From a virus (Duplodnaviria; Caudoviricetes), in the IMG/VR virus record IMGVR_UViG_3300037067_007506, positions 4,865-68,864 of that record: 64,000 bases of DNA. The stretch is one strand, 5' to 3'. The translations under genes and the position numbers were made by a program. Of the stretch, positions 41,249 through 49,675 are shown one piece after another; position 1 is the stretch's first letter; each line of letters opens with the position of its first letter. Under the pieces are notes generated by a model. That model ran no database searches and had not been told where the DNA came from. It was given only the letters and a program-made list of their open reading frames with translations.

Positions 41249-41610
41249 AAATATTAAATGTTTTATATCCAATTCATAAAGTATTAAATATTTCAAATTT
41301 AAAAAGAAATATTAAATGCCCAAATATACAATTTCATAACGATAAAAGTCCAAGCTCACACATCTACGGTAATATAGTTTGGTGTTTCAAATGTAAACAA
41401 ATATTTAGAGTATCAGATATAATAACATGGAATAGTTTAAATATCAACGAATTATTCAACGAATTATCTTTAGGTTATAATTCTAAAGAAGATATGTTAA
41501 AAGATTATAAAGAAAATAAAGTTGAATTTGATATACAAGAAAAGAAAATTATTGATAAAAATGATTGTAATAATTTTTTAGATTATACAAAAAAGTTTTT
41601 TGAAGGATAA
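41233..41610 (+). CDS. stand-alone CHC2 zinc finger (primase zinc-binding domain)
   Basis: IKCP...FHNDKSPS......WCFKC; start could alternatively be 41212. Confidence 0.75.
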   Translation: METKLKILNVLYPIHKVLNISNLKRNIKCPNIQFHNDKSPSSHIYGNIVWCFKCKQIFRVSDIITWNSLNINELFNELSLGYNSKEDMLKDYKENKVEFDIQEKKIIDKNDCNNFLDYTKKFFEG

Positions 41611-41800
41611 TAAGAATAATATGGATATAAACAAAATTAAAGATTATGAAATTGAAGAAATAAAAGACTTTATATCATTTATACGAGATTATGGACATAT
41701 ATTTTATGGAAAAGAAACAGAATTAGATTCATCTTTTAATAAAATAATTGAAGGAATAAATGAAATAAAAAATATTGTTGATAATTATTATAGTTATTAA
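41600..41800 (+). CDS. hypothetical protein
   Basis: Short ORF. Confidence 0.45.
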   Translation: MKDNKNNMDINKIKDYEIEEIKDFISFIRDYGHIFYGKETELDSSFNKIIEGINEIKNIVDNYYSY

Positions 41801-41849
41801 AGGATAAATTATGGAACAAAAGAGGATTTATTTAAAAGTTTGAAAGATG

Positions 41850-41877
41850 AAAAAAGCCACTTAAACAGTGGCTTTTT
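41850..41877. terminator. bidirectional terminator
   Basis: A6-GCCACT-TAAAC-AGTGGC-T5. Confidence 0.85.
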
Positions 41878-41889
41878 GGTTGAAGTTTT

Positions 41890-42198
41890 TTATAACAGTT
41901 CAATTTCTTTCTTTTCTATATTAACTAATATATTACCTAAACTTGGAATATCTTTAGCTTCAACTTGAATATAAAATAAATCATCAGTTTTTAATTTAGT
42001 TATTAAATCTGGAATATATGTACATGCATAACTATTAGAATAAATTTTATTACCCCAATTTAATATATCTTGTTCAGTTACAAGATCACTCGTATATTCA
42101 ACACTTACTTCATCGTACATATCTTTAATACCTTGTACGTCAATAACTTCGTTTGTTATTTTGTTTCTAACCACTAAAAGTTCAATTGTTGTTTTCAT
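41890..42198 (-). CDS. early-cassette hypothetical protein
   Basis: AAGGAG RBS; promoter at 42222-42250. Confidence 0.7.
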   Translation of the reverse strand: MKTTIELLVVRNKITNEVIDVQGIKDMYDEVSVEYTSDLVTEQDILNWGNKIYSNSYACTYIPDLITKLKTDDLFYIQVEAKDIPSLGNILVNIEKKEIELL

Positions 42199-42221
42199 AA
42201 TATTTAACTCCTTATACTTTA

Positions 42222-42250
42222 ATTATAGCACATTTTTTTGAATATTACAA
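42222..42250 (-). promoter_or_regulatory. sigma70-type early promoter
   Basis: TTGTAA-17 nt-TATAAT. Confidence 0.8.
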
Positions 42251-42265
42251 CATAATTTTTTATTA

Positions 42266-42277
42266 TTTTATATTTAT
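42266..42277 (+). promoter_or_regulatory. putative late promoter motif
   Basis: TTTTATATTTAT upstream of TnpB-3 and the tagged-gene cluster. Confidence 0.65.
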
Positions 42278-42310
42278 AATGTATATAAAAAATAATATAA
42301 AGGTTTAAAG

Positions 42311-43579
42311 TTGAAAACATTAAAATTTAAAATAAGGAAATTAAATAAACAAGATTTTAATAAATTAAAAGATTTTTGTCATTATTCAAATAATCTTTAC
42401 AATTATTCTTTATATATTTGTAGAAAATATTTTGAAGAAACCAATAAATATTTAGGATATGTTAATTTAGAAAAAGAAGTAAAGACTAATGAAAATTATA
42501 AATTATTACCTGTTCAAACTAGTCAACAAATTATTAGAATGATAGATAAAAATTTTAGATCATTTTTTGCATTAATAAATAAAAAGAAAAAAGGTCAACA
42601 TTCAGATAATATTCACAAACCTAATTTTAAGAAAAAAGGTGTTATGAATAATTTAATATTTACATTCCAAAATTCTTTTATAAAAGAAGGATATATTCAA
42701 TTATGTTCAAGTAAAGAATATAATAAAAAATTAAATGTTAAACAAGGTCATGGTAATATTAAATTACCTTTCACATATAAGATTGATGGTAATTTTAAAC
42801 AATTAATTATTAAACCTATAAATAATGGACAATATTTTAATTGTTATTTACAATATGAAGAAAACAAAATTATAAAGGAGGAAAAAGATCAAAATAATTA
42901 TTTATCAATTGATACTGGAATAAATAATTTATGTTCTTGCTTTAACAGTTCTACTGGTCAAGCTTTCATTATTAATGGTAAAGCTTTGAAAAGTTATAAT
43001 TCATTTTATAACAAAAAATTAAGTGAATATAAATCTATTTTAAAAAAAGTAAATAATAAAAATTGGTCAAAAAAATTAGAAAGAATAAATCAAAAAAGGT
43101 ATTGGTATATAGATAATTATTTTAACCAAGTAGTTAATTATATTATAAAATATTGTACTAAAAATAATATTAATAAAATAATAATTGGTTATAATGAGAC
43201 TTGGAAAACTAAATGTAATATCGGTAAAATAAACAATAGAAATTTTTATAATATACCTTATAGTATTTTAAAACAAAAATTAGAAAACAAGTGTAATGGT
43301 TCTAATTTTATATTTATAGTACATGAAGAAAGTTTTACTTCTAAATGTGATGCTTTAGCATTAGAAGAAATAAAGCAACATGATGAATATTTAGGTACTA
43401 GAGTTCATAGAGGATTATATCAAAGTTCCGTAGGAAAAATGATAAACGCTGACGTGAATGGTGCAATAAATATCATGAGAAAAGCAAAAGTACTTAACGA
43501 TGAGTTGATAAAACTCCAGTTAATAAAGGGTTTAATCTTTAACCCTGTTAAAATTAATTTTAACAAAACTGCAAAGTAA
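42311..43579 (+). mobile_element. tnpB: TnpB-3, rearranged RuvC-II type, no tnpA adjacent
   Basis: SIDTGINN, IIIGYNETWK, EESFTSKC, INADVNGAINI. Confidence 0.9.
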
Positions 43580-43601
43580 AAGATTTATATTATATAAAAA
43601 G

Positions 43602-43814
43602 TTGGAGGATTATATGTATGTCTTTGGTAAAAAAATTAAAAAAGATAAATTATATGATCAACAACTAGAAACAACAATAGAATCTTTTAAAATGTTTAGA
43701 ACAACTTATAATAAATTAAAACAGTTTGTTCAACAATATAATGCTATGCCTCATATAAAATTATTTTTGAGTTGGTTAGCCGAAGATAGTGTAAATAATA
43801 AGGAGATAAAATAA
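43602..43814 (+). CDS. hypothetical protein
   Basis: Short ORF; true start probably a few codons downstream, after GGAGG. Confidence 0.5.
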   Translation: MEDYMYVFGKKIKKDKLYDQQLETTIESFKMFRTTYNKLKQFVQQYNAMPHIKLFLSWLAEDSVNNKEIK

Positions 43815-44417
43815 ATGATAAAAAGACTTATTAAAGAAAATTCTTTAATTAATGGTGTAAAAGAACGAGTAGTATATGCTAATAAAATGGTGGCATTTTT
43901 TGAAAATATATCTAATAGTTATGCACTTAAAATAGAAGCTCAATTAGCATATTGGAAAGAATATAAGGAATATTTAGATAACTGGTTAGGTAATAGAAAG
44001 TTTGAAAGTATTACAAATGATTCAAGGTTATTAGATGCTGGTGGAAAAAGAGATGCTGCTATATTTTTAAAAAACCATTTTGAAATAGATAGATGGGGTG
44101 GAGATATTAAAACTGAATCTAAAAAAGAAAATAAAGTAAAAACAGAATTAAAGAAAATACTTGAATCAGTTACAATGGGTAATTTACATACTGGTATGGA
44201 GTTATTAAGTGATGAAGGACATAGATGTAAAGTAATTGATGTAACTGATTATTATCCAGCTGTTCAAAAATATGATATGGAGAGAGACGGATATTTTTAT
44301 TGGAAAAATTACGGAAATGCAAATGGTTTTACTTTTGTAGCATTTAGAGATTTATATACAGGTGATTATAAAGTGTATAGATGTAAAGAAAATTCAACAA
44401 TATTAAGGAATGAATAA
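43815..44417 (+). CDS. tagged putative internal-head protein
   Basis: MIKRLIKE/N; internal KILE/S site separates two small domains. Confidence 0.65.
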   Translation: MIKRLIKENSLINGVKERVVYANKMVAFFENISNSYALKIEAQLAYWKEYKEYLDNWLGNRKFESITNDSRLLDAGGKRDAAIFLKNHFEIDRWGGDIKTESKKENKVKTELKKILESVTMGNLHTGMELLSDEGHRCKVIDVTDYYPAVQKYDMERDGYFYWKNYGNANGFTFVAFRDLYTGDYKVYRCKENSTILRNE

Positions 44418-45556
44418 TGTTTAAGAAGTTAGTATTGGAAGCCGGATTTGGAAGTAATGCTAAACAAGGTATTCAATTAGTTGTAAATCAAATAAACAAA
44501 AGAACAAATAAACATTATAAATTATCACCTATAACAGAACCTTATCAAAATAATTATGGTAGATTTATAGGTTATAATATTATAGATGGTAATAATAGAA
44601 TAAGATTTAACATTTTATTAAGTGATTCAACTTCTAATATTATAACAATTGATTTTTGGTTTAGTGTTAGAACAATTCCAAATAGAACAATTGATTTAGC
44701 CGGATATAATATACTACAAGTATTAGATGAAATATGTAAAATAATACTTAATCAAAAATTAGAAGATGTTGAAGGTAGAAAAACAAAAGAAATGAGACCT
44801 TCAGCAAAGAAAAGATTGAAAACTAAGCAAGAAGAATTAGTTGAAAAATATATGTTACAACGAACACCTGATGAACAATATAATCAGGTGGAAGTATATA
44901 TTAAATTATTAGTGAATGCAGCAAAGAATAGTTTAATTATATCAGGATCAACAGGATTAGGTAAAAGTGAAATAGTACAAAAAACTTTAAATGGTGTCGG
45001 TAAGACTTATTCTATGGCAAATGTTACTATTAAAAGAGAAAATGAATTATATAAAATATTATATAAGAATAATAATAAAGTTTTAGTATTTGATGATACT
45101 AATAAAATTTTTAATAAAACTCCATTTAAAAAATTTAGAGATATGATGTTGATGGCTTTAGATGTTAAACCAAGTAGAAGATTAAATTTAATGGATTTAA
45201 CGGATAAAGATATTGTTTCAGGTAGATATCCTCAAAATTTTAATTATGAAGGTAAAATAATTATTGTTTCAAATATGCCTAAATCCGCATTTGATGAAGC
45301 ATTATTAAGTAGAAGCTTATTTGTTTCATTGGATTTAAACAATGATGATATAATTGACCAAATACGAAAAAATATAAGTCATTATTATACTGATATATCT
45401 TTGACATATAAAGAAGAAGTTGTTGAATTTATGGATGAAATTAAAATAGCAGTTGGTAAATTAAATTTTAGATTATATAGGGATTTCTTAATGTTTAGAA
45501 TGACAAATGATCCAAATTGGAAAAAATGGGCATTTAATTCTATCCAAGAAAATTGA
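44417..45556 (+). CDS. tagged AAA+ ATPase
   Basis: MFKKLVLE/A; ISGSTGLGKS Walker A, VLVFDD Walker B, IIVSN, ALLSRS. Confidence 0.75.
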   Translation: MFKKLVLEAGFGSNAKQGIQLVVNQINKRTNKHYKLSPITEPYQNNYGRFIGYNIIDGNNRIRFNILLSDSTSNIITIDFWFSVRTIPNRTIDLAGYNILQVLDEICKIILNQKLEDVEGRKTKEMRPSAKKRLKTKQEELVEKYMLQRTPDEQYNQVEVYIKLLVNAAKNSLIISGSTGLGKSEIVQKTLNGVGKTYSMANVTIKRENELYKILYKNNNKVLVFDDTNKIFNKTPFKKFRDMMLMALDVKPSRRLNLMDLTDKDIVSGRYPQNFNYEGKIIIVSNMPKSAFDEALLSRSLFVSLDLNNDDIIDQIRKNISHYYTDISLTYKEEVVEFMDEIKIAVGKLNFRLYRDFLMFRMTNDPNWKKWAFNSIQEN

Positions 45557-45563
45557 GGTATTT

Positions 45564-45872
45564 ATGAGTTATCAAAAAGAGTTTATGGATAATATGTCTT
45601 TAGAGAATATGCATGAATGGTTAGAAAAAGAATATGGTGTTGATTTAAATAAAGATTATGATGATGTTCAACATTTAAAAAATGGGGTATTCACAAAACT
45701 TTATGAAGATGCTAAGAAATATTTATCTAATGGTACAGTAAGTAGATATAGACGAGCTATATTAATGAGTGGGAATAATAGACATAAAATGATTAGAAAT
45801 TCTGTTTTAAGTTTAGGACGAGCTATTTATAAAAAAAGAATGCTTGAAAAGAATAACGGAGATAAATTATGA
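45564..45872 (+). CDS. hypothetical protein
   Basis: GAGGT RBS favours ATG 45564 (MSYQKEF). Confidence 0.55.
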   Translation: MSYQKEFMDNMSLENMHEWLEKEYGVDLNKDYDDVQHLKNGVFTKLYEDAKKYLSNGTVSRYRRAILMSGNNRHKMIRNSVLSLGRAIYKKRMLEKNNGDKL

Positions 45873-46462
45873 TAACAAAATTATTTAAAGAAGAAAAGTT
45901 TTTATTTTATGAATTATCGTTTTTAGAACAAGAAGAATTATATAATGAATTTAAAAATTCTTATTTAAAAGCTACAGGAACAGCTTGGGATAAAAATAAA
46001 TTTGACCTTAAAGCTATGACTTGGACGTTTTATGGAAGCAAACAAGGTGGAGTAGCTGTAAGAGTTCAGAATTCAGGGTTAATAAAATTAAATGCTTCAT
46101 TTGGACCAATAAGAGAAATATATAAAGGATTTAATGAATTATTACAAAAAGATGGAAATAAACCTATTTGGGGTGGTATGAGTTTTGAATTGTTAAATAT
46201 GGTTAAAAGATTTGGGTTTATAACTCCTCCAGTATTATTGTTAAAGTTTTTATTACCTAATATTAAAAAAACATTTGGTGATGAAATACAGTCTGTAAAT
46301 AGTGATGGTTCTTTTAATCTAAATTATGATGGAAAAATAATTAAAAAGTATTTTATAGCTAATAAAGCCTATTATAAATGGTTATTAAAAGTAGGTTTAC
46401 AACAGGTTGGAATAAAAATACCTGAAGTTATTTTAAAAATAATTAATGGAATAATTAAATGA
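45869..46462 (+). CDS. tagged putative internal-head protein
   Basis: MITKLFKE/E. Confidence 0.65.
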   Translation: MITKLFKEEKFLFYELSFLEQEELYNEFKNSYLKATGTAWDKNKFDLKAMTWTFYGSKQGGVAVRVQNSGLIKLNASFGPIREIYKGFNELLQKDGNKPIWGGMSFELLNMVKRFGFITPPVLLLKFLLPNIKKTFGDEIQSVNSDGSFNLNYDGKIIKKYFIANKAYYKWLLKVGLQQVGIKIPEVILKIINGIIK

Positions 46463-47718
46463 TTAAAAAATTAATTGTTGAGAAAATATATGGTATGCAA
46501 GCAGTTGTTTACCATAGAACTAAAACTGAGGATATAGTGAAAGGTATAATTAAACAAGGTTTCAAAATTGGATCAGGTGCAATGTACGGAGCTGGAGTAT
46601 ACTGTACATATGATTTAAATTCTCAGCTTAATTCTGAAATGTTTAATACATACGGACCAATCATTGTTAAATTTGCAGTTTATATACAAGACTTTTTAAT
46701 ATTAGATTATAGTGTATCACGTCAACTTTATGGAAAAAATTATACATTAGTAGACCAATTAAAAAAGAAGAATATTAAAATAACAGATGAAAAAATAGAA
46801 AGTTATTCAAAACAATTAGAAACTTTAAAGTTTTCATCAGATGTTGCTTTAATATTTTATGGTAATTTTAAAGTTATTTTAAATAAATTTAAAGGTTTAA
46901 TATTCACAGGCCGCCGGGATGGCGCTGTGTTGGTGAGTTATGATAGTAACATATTAATACCATTGTCTTTCTGTGAAACAGACACGACTGGAAGAAATAT
47001 TATAAAACCTTGGGAGAAAGTTTTAAACAAAGAAACTTTAAAAAGATATGTGATAGGCAAATCAAATGTTCAAAATAAAATACTAACACCATTAGAAAAA
47101 CTAAAACAAATGTATGATAGTATAATATCTAAAGATAATTTTTTTATAGTTAAAAAAAATAATAAATATGGATTATTAGATAAAAATTTTAAACTAGTTA
47201 TTCCGGTTGAATATGATCTTATTTATTTTTATGATAATGATTATTTTAAAGTTAAAAAAAATAATAAATTTGGAATATATGATAAAAATTCTAAATTAGT
47301 TATTCCGGTTGAATATGATGATGTGGATATTTATAATGGTAATTTTAAAGTTCAAAAAAATAATAAATATGGTTTATATGATAAAAATTTTAAACTAGTT
47401 ATTCCCGTTGAATATGATCTTATTTATTTTTATGATAATGATTTTTTTATAGTTAAAAAAAATAATAAATATGGATTATTAGATAAAAATTTTAAACTAG
47501 TTATTCCGGTTGAATATGATCTTATTTATTTTTATGATAATGATTATTTTAAAGTTAAAAAAAATAATAAATTTGGAATATATGATAAAAATTCTAAATT
47601 AGTTATTCCCGTTAAATATGATTATATTTATTTTGATTATGATAATGGTAATTTTAAAGTTGAAAAAGATGGTAAAGTTATATTGTTAGATAAAATTACA
47701 TTGAAGGAAATTAAATAA
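46459..47718 (+). CDS. tagged PARP-like ADP-ribosyltransferase with five WG-type repeats (ART-2)
   Basis: MIKKLIVE; VVYHRT...GF..G.GAMYGAGVY; close paralogue of 26657-27814. Confidence 0.75.
   Translation: MIKKLIVEKIYGMQAVVYHRTKTEDIVKGIIKQGFKIGSGAMYGAGVYCTYDLNSQLNSEMFNTYGPIIVKFAVYIQDFLILDYSVSRQLYGKNYTLVDQLKKKNIKITDEKIESYSKQLETLKFSSDVALIFYGNFKVILNKFKGLIFTGRRDGAVLVSYDSNILIPLSFCETDTTGRNIIKPWEKVLNKETLKRYVIGKSNVQNKILTPLEKLKQMYDSIISKDNFFIVKKNNKYGLLDKNFKLVIPVEYDLIYFYDNDYFKVKKNNKFGIYDKNSKLVIPVEYDDVDIYNGNFKVQKNNKYGLYDKNFKLVIPVEYDLIYFYDNDFFIVKKNNKYGLLDKNFKLVIPVEYDLIYFYDNDYFKVKKNNKFGIYDKNSKLVIPVKYDYIYFDYDNGNFKVEKDGKVILLDKITLKEIK
47143..47715 (+). repeat. WG-type coding tandem repeats, ~99-105 bp units
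   Basis: Five full units (units 1-2 re-duplicated as 4-5, 303 bp apart) plus a cap identical to that of ART-1. Confidence 0.9.
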
Positions 47719-48156
47719 ATGGAAACCCTTGATATTATAGCTAAAAACATATTAGAAAATATTGATATGTTATTAGCAGTATTACCTTATTCATCAACAA
47801 TAGAATTAATAAGAGTGACAAAAACAGGACAATTTGGATATGAAATACCTTCAGTTGAAGAGCCTTTTAGAACAGAGGGGGTAATATTACATAAAACTGA
47901 AAGACGGTTTTTTAAAAAATTAGGTATATATGATGAAGGTGATTTACCTATAATAGGTATATTCAAAAATCAAGATAATTTTAAAAGAGAAGATATAATA
48001 TCAGAAATTACAAAAGATTTTGTAAATGGACAAGAAGTTGAATATAAAACTCAATATAGAATAACTGATGAAAGAACTTATGGAGATAAACGAACTTTTA
48101 AAAGAGTATTCTTTTTATCACCAGTTAGAGAAGAAATAACATTAAAAGGTAATTAA
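47719..48156 (+). CDS. putative head-closure/neck protein
   Basis: 145 aa, beta-rich; lies in the neck interval. Confidence 0.35.
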   Translation: METLDIIAKNILENIDMLLAVLPYSSTIELIRVTKTGQFGYEIPSVEEPFRTEGVILHKTERRFFKKLGIYDEGDLPIIGIFKNQDNFKREDIISEITKDFVNGQEVEYKTQYRITDERTYGDKRTFKRVFFLSPVREEITLKGN

Positions 48157-48756
48157 ATGATTAAAAAATTATTTATTGAAAAAATATATGGAAGACAAGC
48201 AGTTGTTTACCATAGAACTAAAACTGAAGATATAGTGAAAGGTATTTTAAAGCAAGGTTTTAAACTAAATAATAATTCTATTTATAGAAGTGGTATTTAT
48301 ACTTGTTATGAATTAAAAAGTCAATTAAATTCAGAAATGGTTAAAAATTATGGAAGTATTATAATTAAATTTGCCATTAATGTTTCAAATTTTCTAATAT
48401 TAGATTATGATGAAGCTAAAGTTGTATATGGAAGTAAGTATTTATTGACAGATCAACTTAAAAATAAAGGGTTGGAAGTAAACTCTGAGTTATCATTTTT
48501 ATCCGATGATTTAAAAGATAATCCTTTTACATCAACCGGGGCATATTACTTTTATGGAACGTATAAACAACATTTAAATAAATTCAAAGGTATAATTTTC
48601 ACAAGTCCTAATGATGGTAAAGTTTTAGTTTCATTTGATCCAAACATATTAATACCATTGTCATTCTGTGAAACAGACACGACTGGAAGAAATATCATTA
48701 AACCTTGGGAGAAAATTTTAAATAAAGAAACATTGAAAAGATATTCATTGAGGTAA
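48157..48756 (+). CDS. tagged PARP-like ADP-ribosyltransferase domain without repeats (ART-3)
   Basis: MIKKLFIE; VVYHRT...GF.....IYRSGIY; ends just after the shared PWEKILNKETLKRY. Confidence 0.7.
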   Translation: MIKKLFIEKIYGRQAVVYHRTKTEDIVKGILKQGFKLNNNSIYRSGIYTCYELKSQLNSEMVKNYGSIIIKFAINVSNFLILDYDEAKVVYGSKYLLTDQLKNKGLEVNSELSFLSDDLKDNPFTSTGAYYFYGTYKQHLNKFKGIIFTSPNDGKVLVSFDPNILIPLSFCETDTTGRNIIKPWEKILNKETLKRYSLR

Positions 48757-48761
48757 ATAAT

Positions 48762-49058
48762 ATGGTGATGATAAATTATAAACTATATGATATTAATTCA
48801 ATAGTTCAAGCATCAATTAGATCAGATATAGATAGAATAATAACAATAATAAGTCATTATAATAAAGAAATATATTATAGAAATGATAAGTTTTATACAG
48901 AATTTATATTTCGTGGATTTAAATTTTTAAAAGAAAATACAATATATATTGATAGAATATTTAGACAAACAACTAAAGCATTAAGATTAGGTAAAACAAT
49001 TGATGGTGATTTAATAGTTGTTATTGAAAAATTTCCATTAATATTTATGAATAGGTGA
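48762..49058 (+). CDS. hypothetical protein
   Basis: ORF in an operon. Confidence 0.55.
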   Translation: MVMINYKLYDINSIVQASIRSDIDRIITIISHYNKEIYYRNDKFYTEFIFRGFKFLKENTIYIDRIFRQTTKALRLGKTIDGDLIVVIEKFPLIFMNR

Positions 49059-49059
49059 T

Positions 49060-49641
49060 ATGGAAATATACATAAATGTAATTGATGAAAAATTTAGATC
49101 AACTTCAAAATGGAAAGAAATAAATAATATATTTAATAATCAATCACCAACATGGAACCCGGGTATAAAATTACCATTAAAAACAAATCCAGAAATGTTT
49201 GAATTATTCGTACTGTATATAGCTTTATTGTATAGAGAATATCTAATTAATGTTGTGAAAAATACTAGAGGGTACGAAAAATTTTGGATACCTTTATCTC
49301 CAAAATATTTAGCACAAAAAAAGAAAGATGGAAGATTTGAAAATATTTGGATGAACACCGGTACATTAATAAATTCAATATCAATATCTTATAATGATCA
49401 GCGTAAACAAGTTAGAGTAGGTATAGACGAATATAAAGTTTATAAGTTGCCGGGTAGAAAAGGTAAACGTGGACCAAAGAAAACATTACCTATTATTTTG
49501 GTGGCGAAATGGATGGAGTTCGGAACGGAGAAAATGCCAAGTCGACCTTTATTTAGAAGAGTTCGCGATTACATATCGAAGAATATCAAACGCTACGAGA
49601 AAGATTTCATAGATTTAATGAAACTTATGAAAACAAGTTAG
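49060..49641 (+). CDS. HK97 gp10-like neck/tail-completion protein
   Basis: W.PLS..Y...K, TGTL.NSI and A.WMEFGTEKMPSRPLF motifs. Confidence 0.6.
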   Translation: MEIYINVIDEKFRSTSKWKEINNIFNNQSPTWNPGIKLPLKTNPEMFELFVLYIALLYREYLINVVKNTRGYEKFWIPLSPKYLAQKKKDGRFENIWMNTGTLINSISISYNDQRKQVRVGIDEYKVYKLPGRKGKRGPKKTLPIILVAKWMEFGTEKMPSRPLFRRVRDYISKNIKRYEKDFIDLMKLMKTS

Positions 49642-49644
49642 TAA

Positions 49645-49656
49645 TTTTATATTTAT
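49645..49656 (+). promoter_or_regulatory. putative late promoter motif
   Basis: TTTTATATTTAT upstream of sheath. Confidence 0.7.
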
Positions 49657-49675
49657 AGTATAAAAGGAGAGAATA

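Noticed and set aside
42266-43600. Flank duplication around TnpB-3 like that of TnpB-1
   Set aside because: Only a 10-nt AT-only match (TATATAAAAA) on both sides, not distinguishable from chance at this base composition
27347-47715. Diversity-generating retroelement acting on the WG repeats
   Set aside because: No reverse transcriptase or non-coding template copy in the window; differences include indels and are not restricted to adenines
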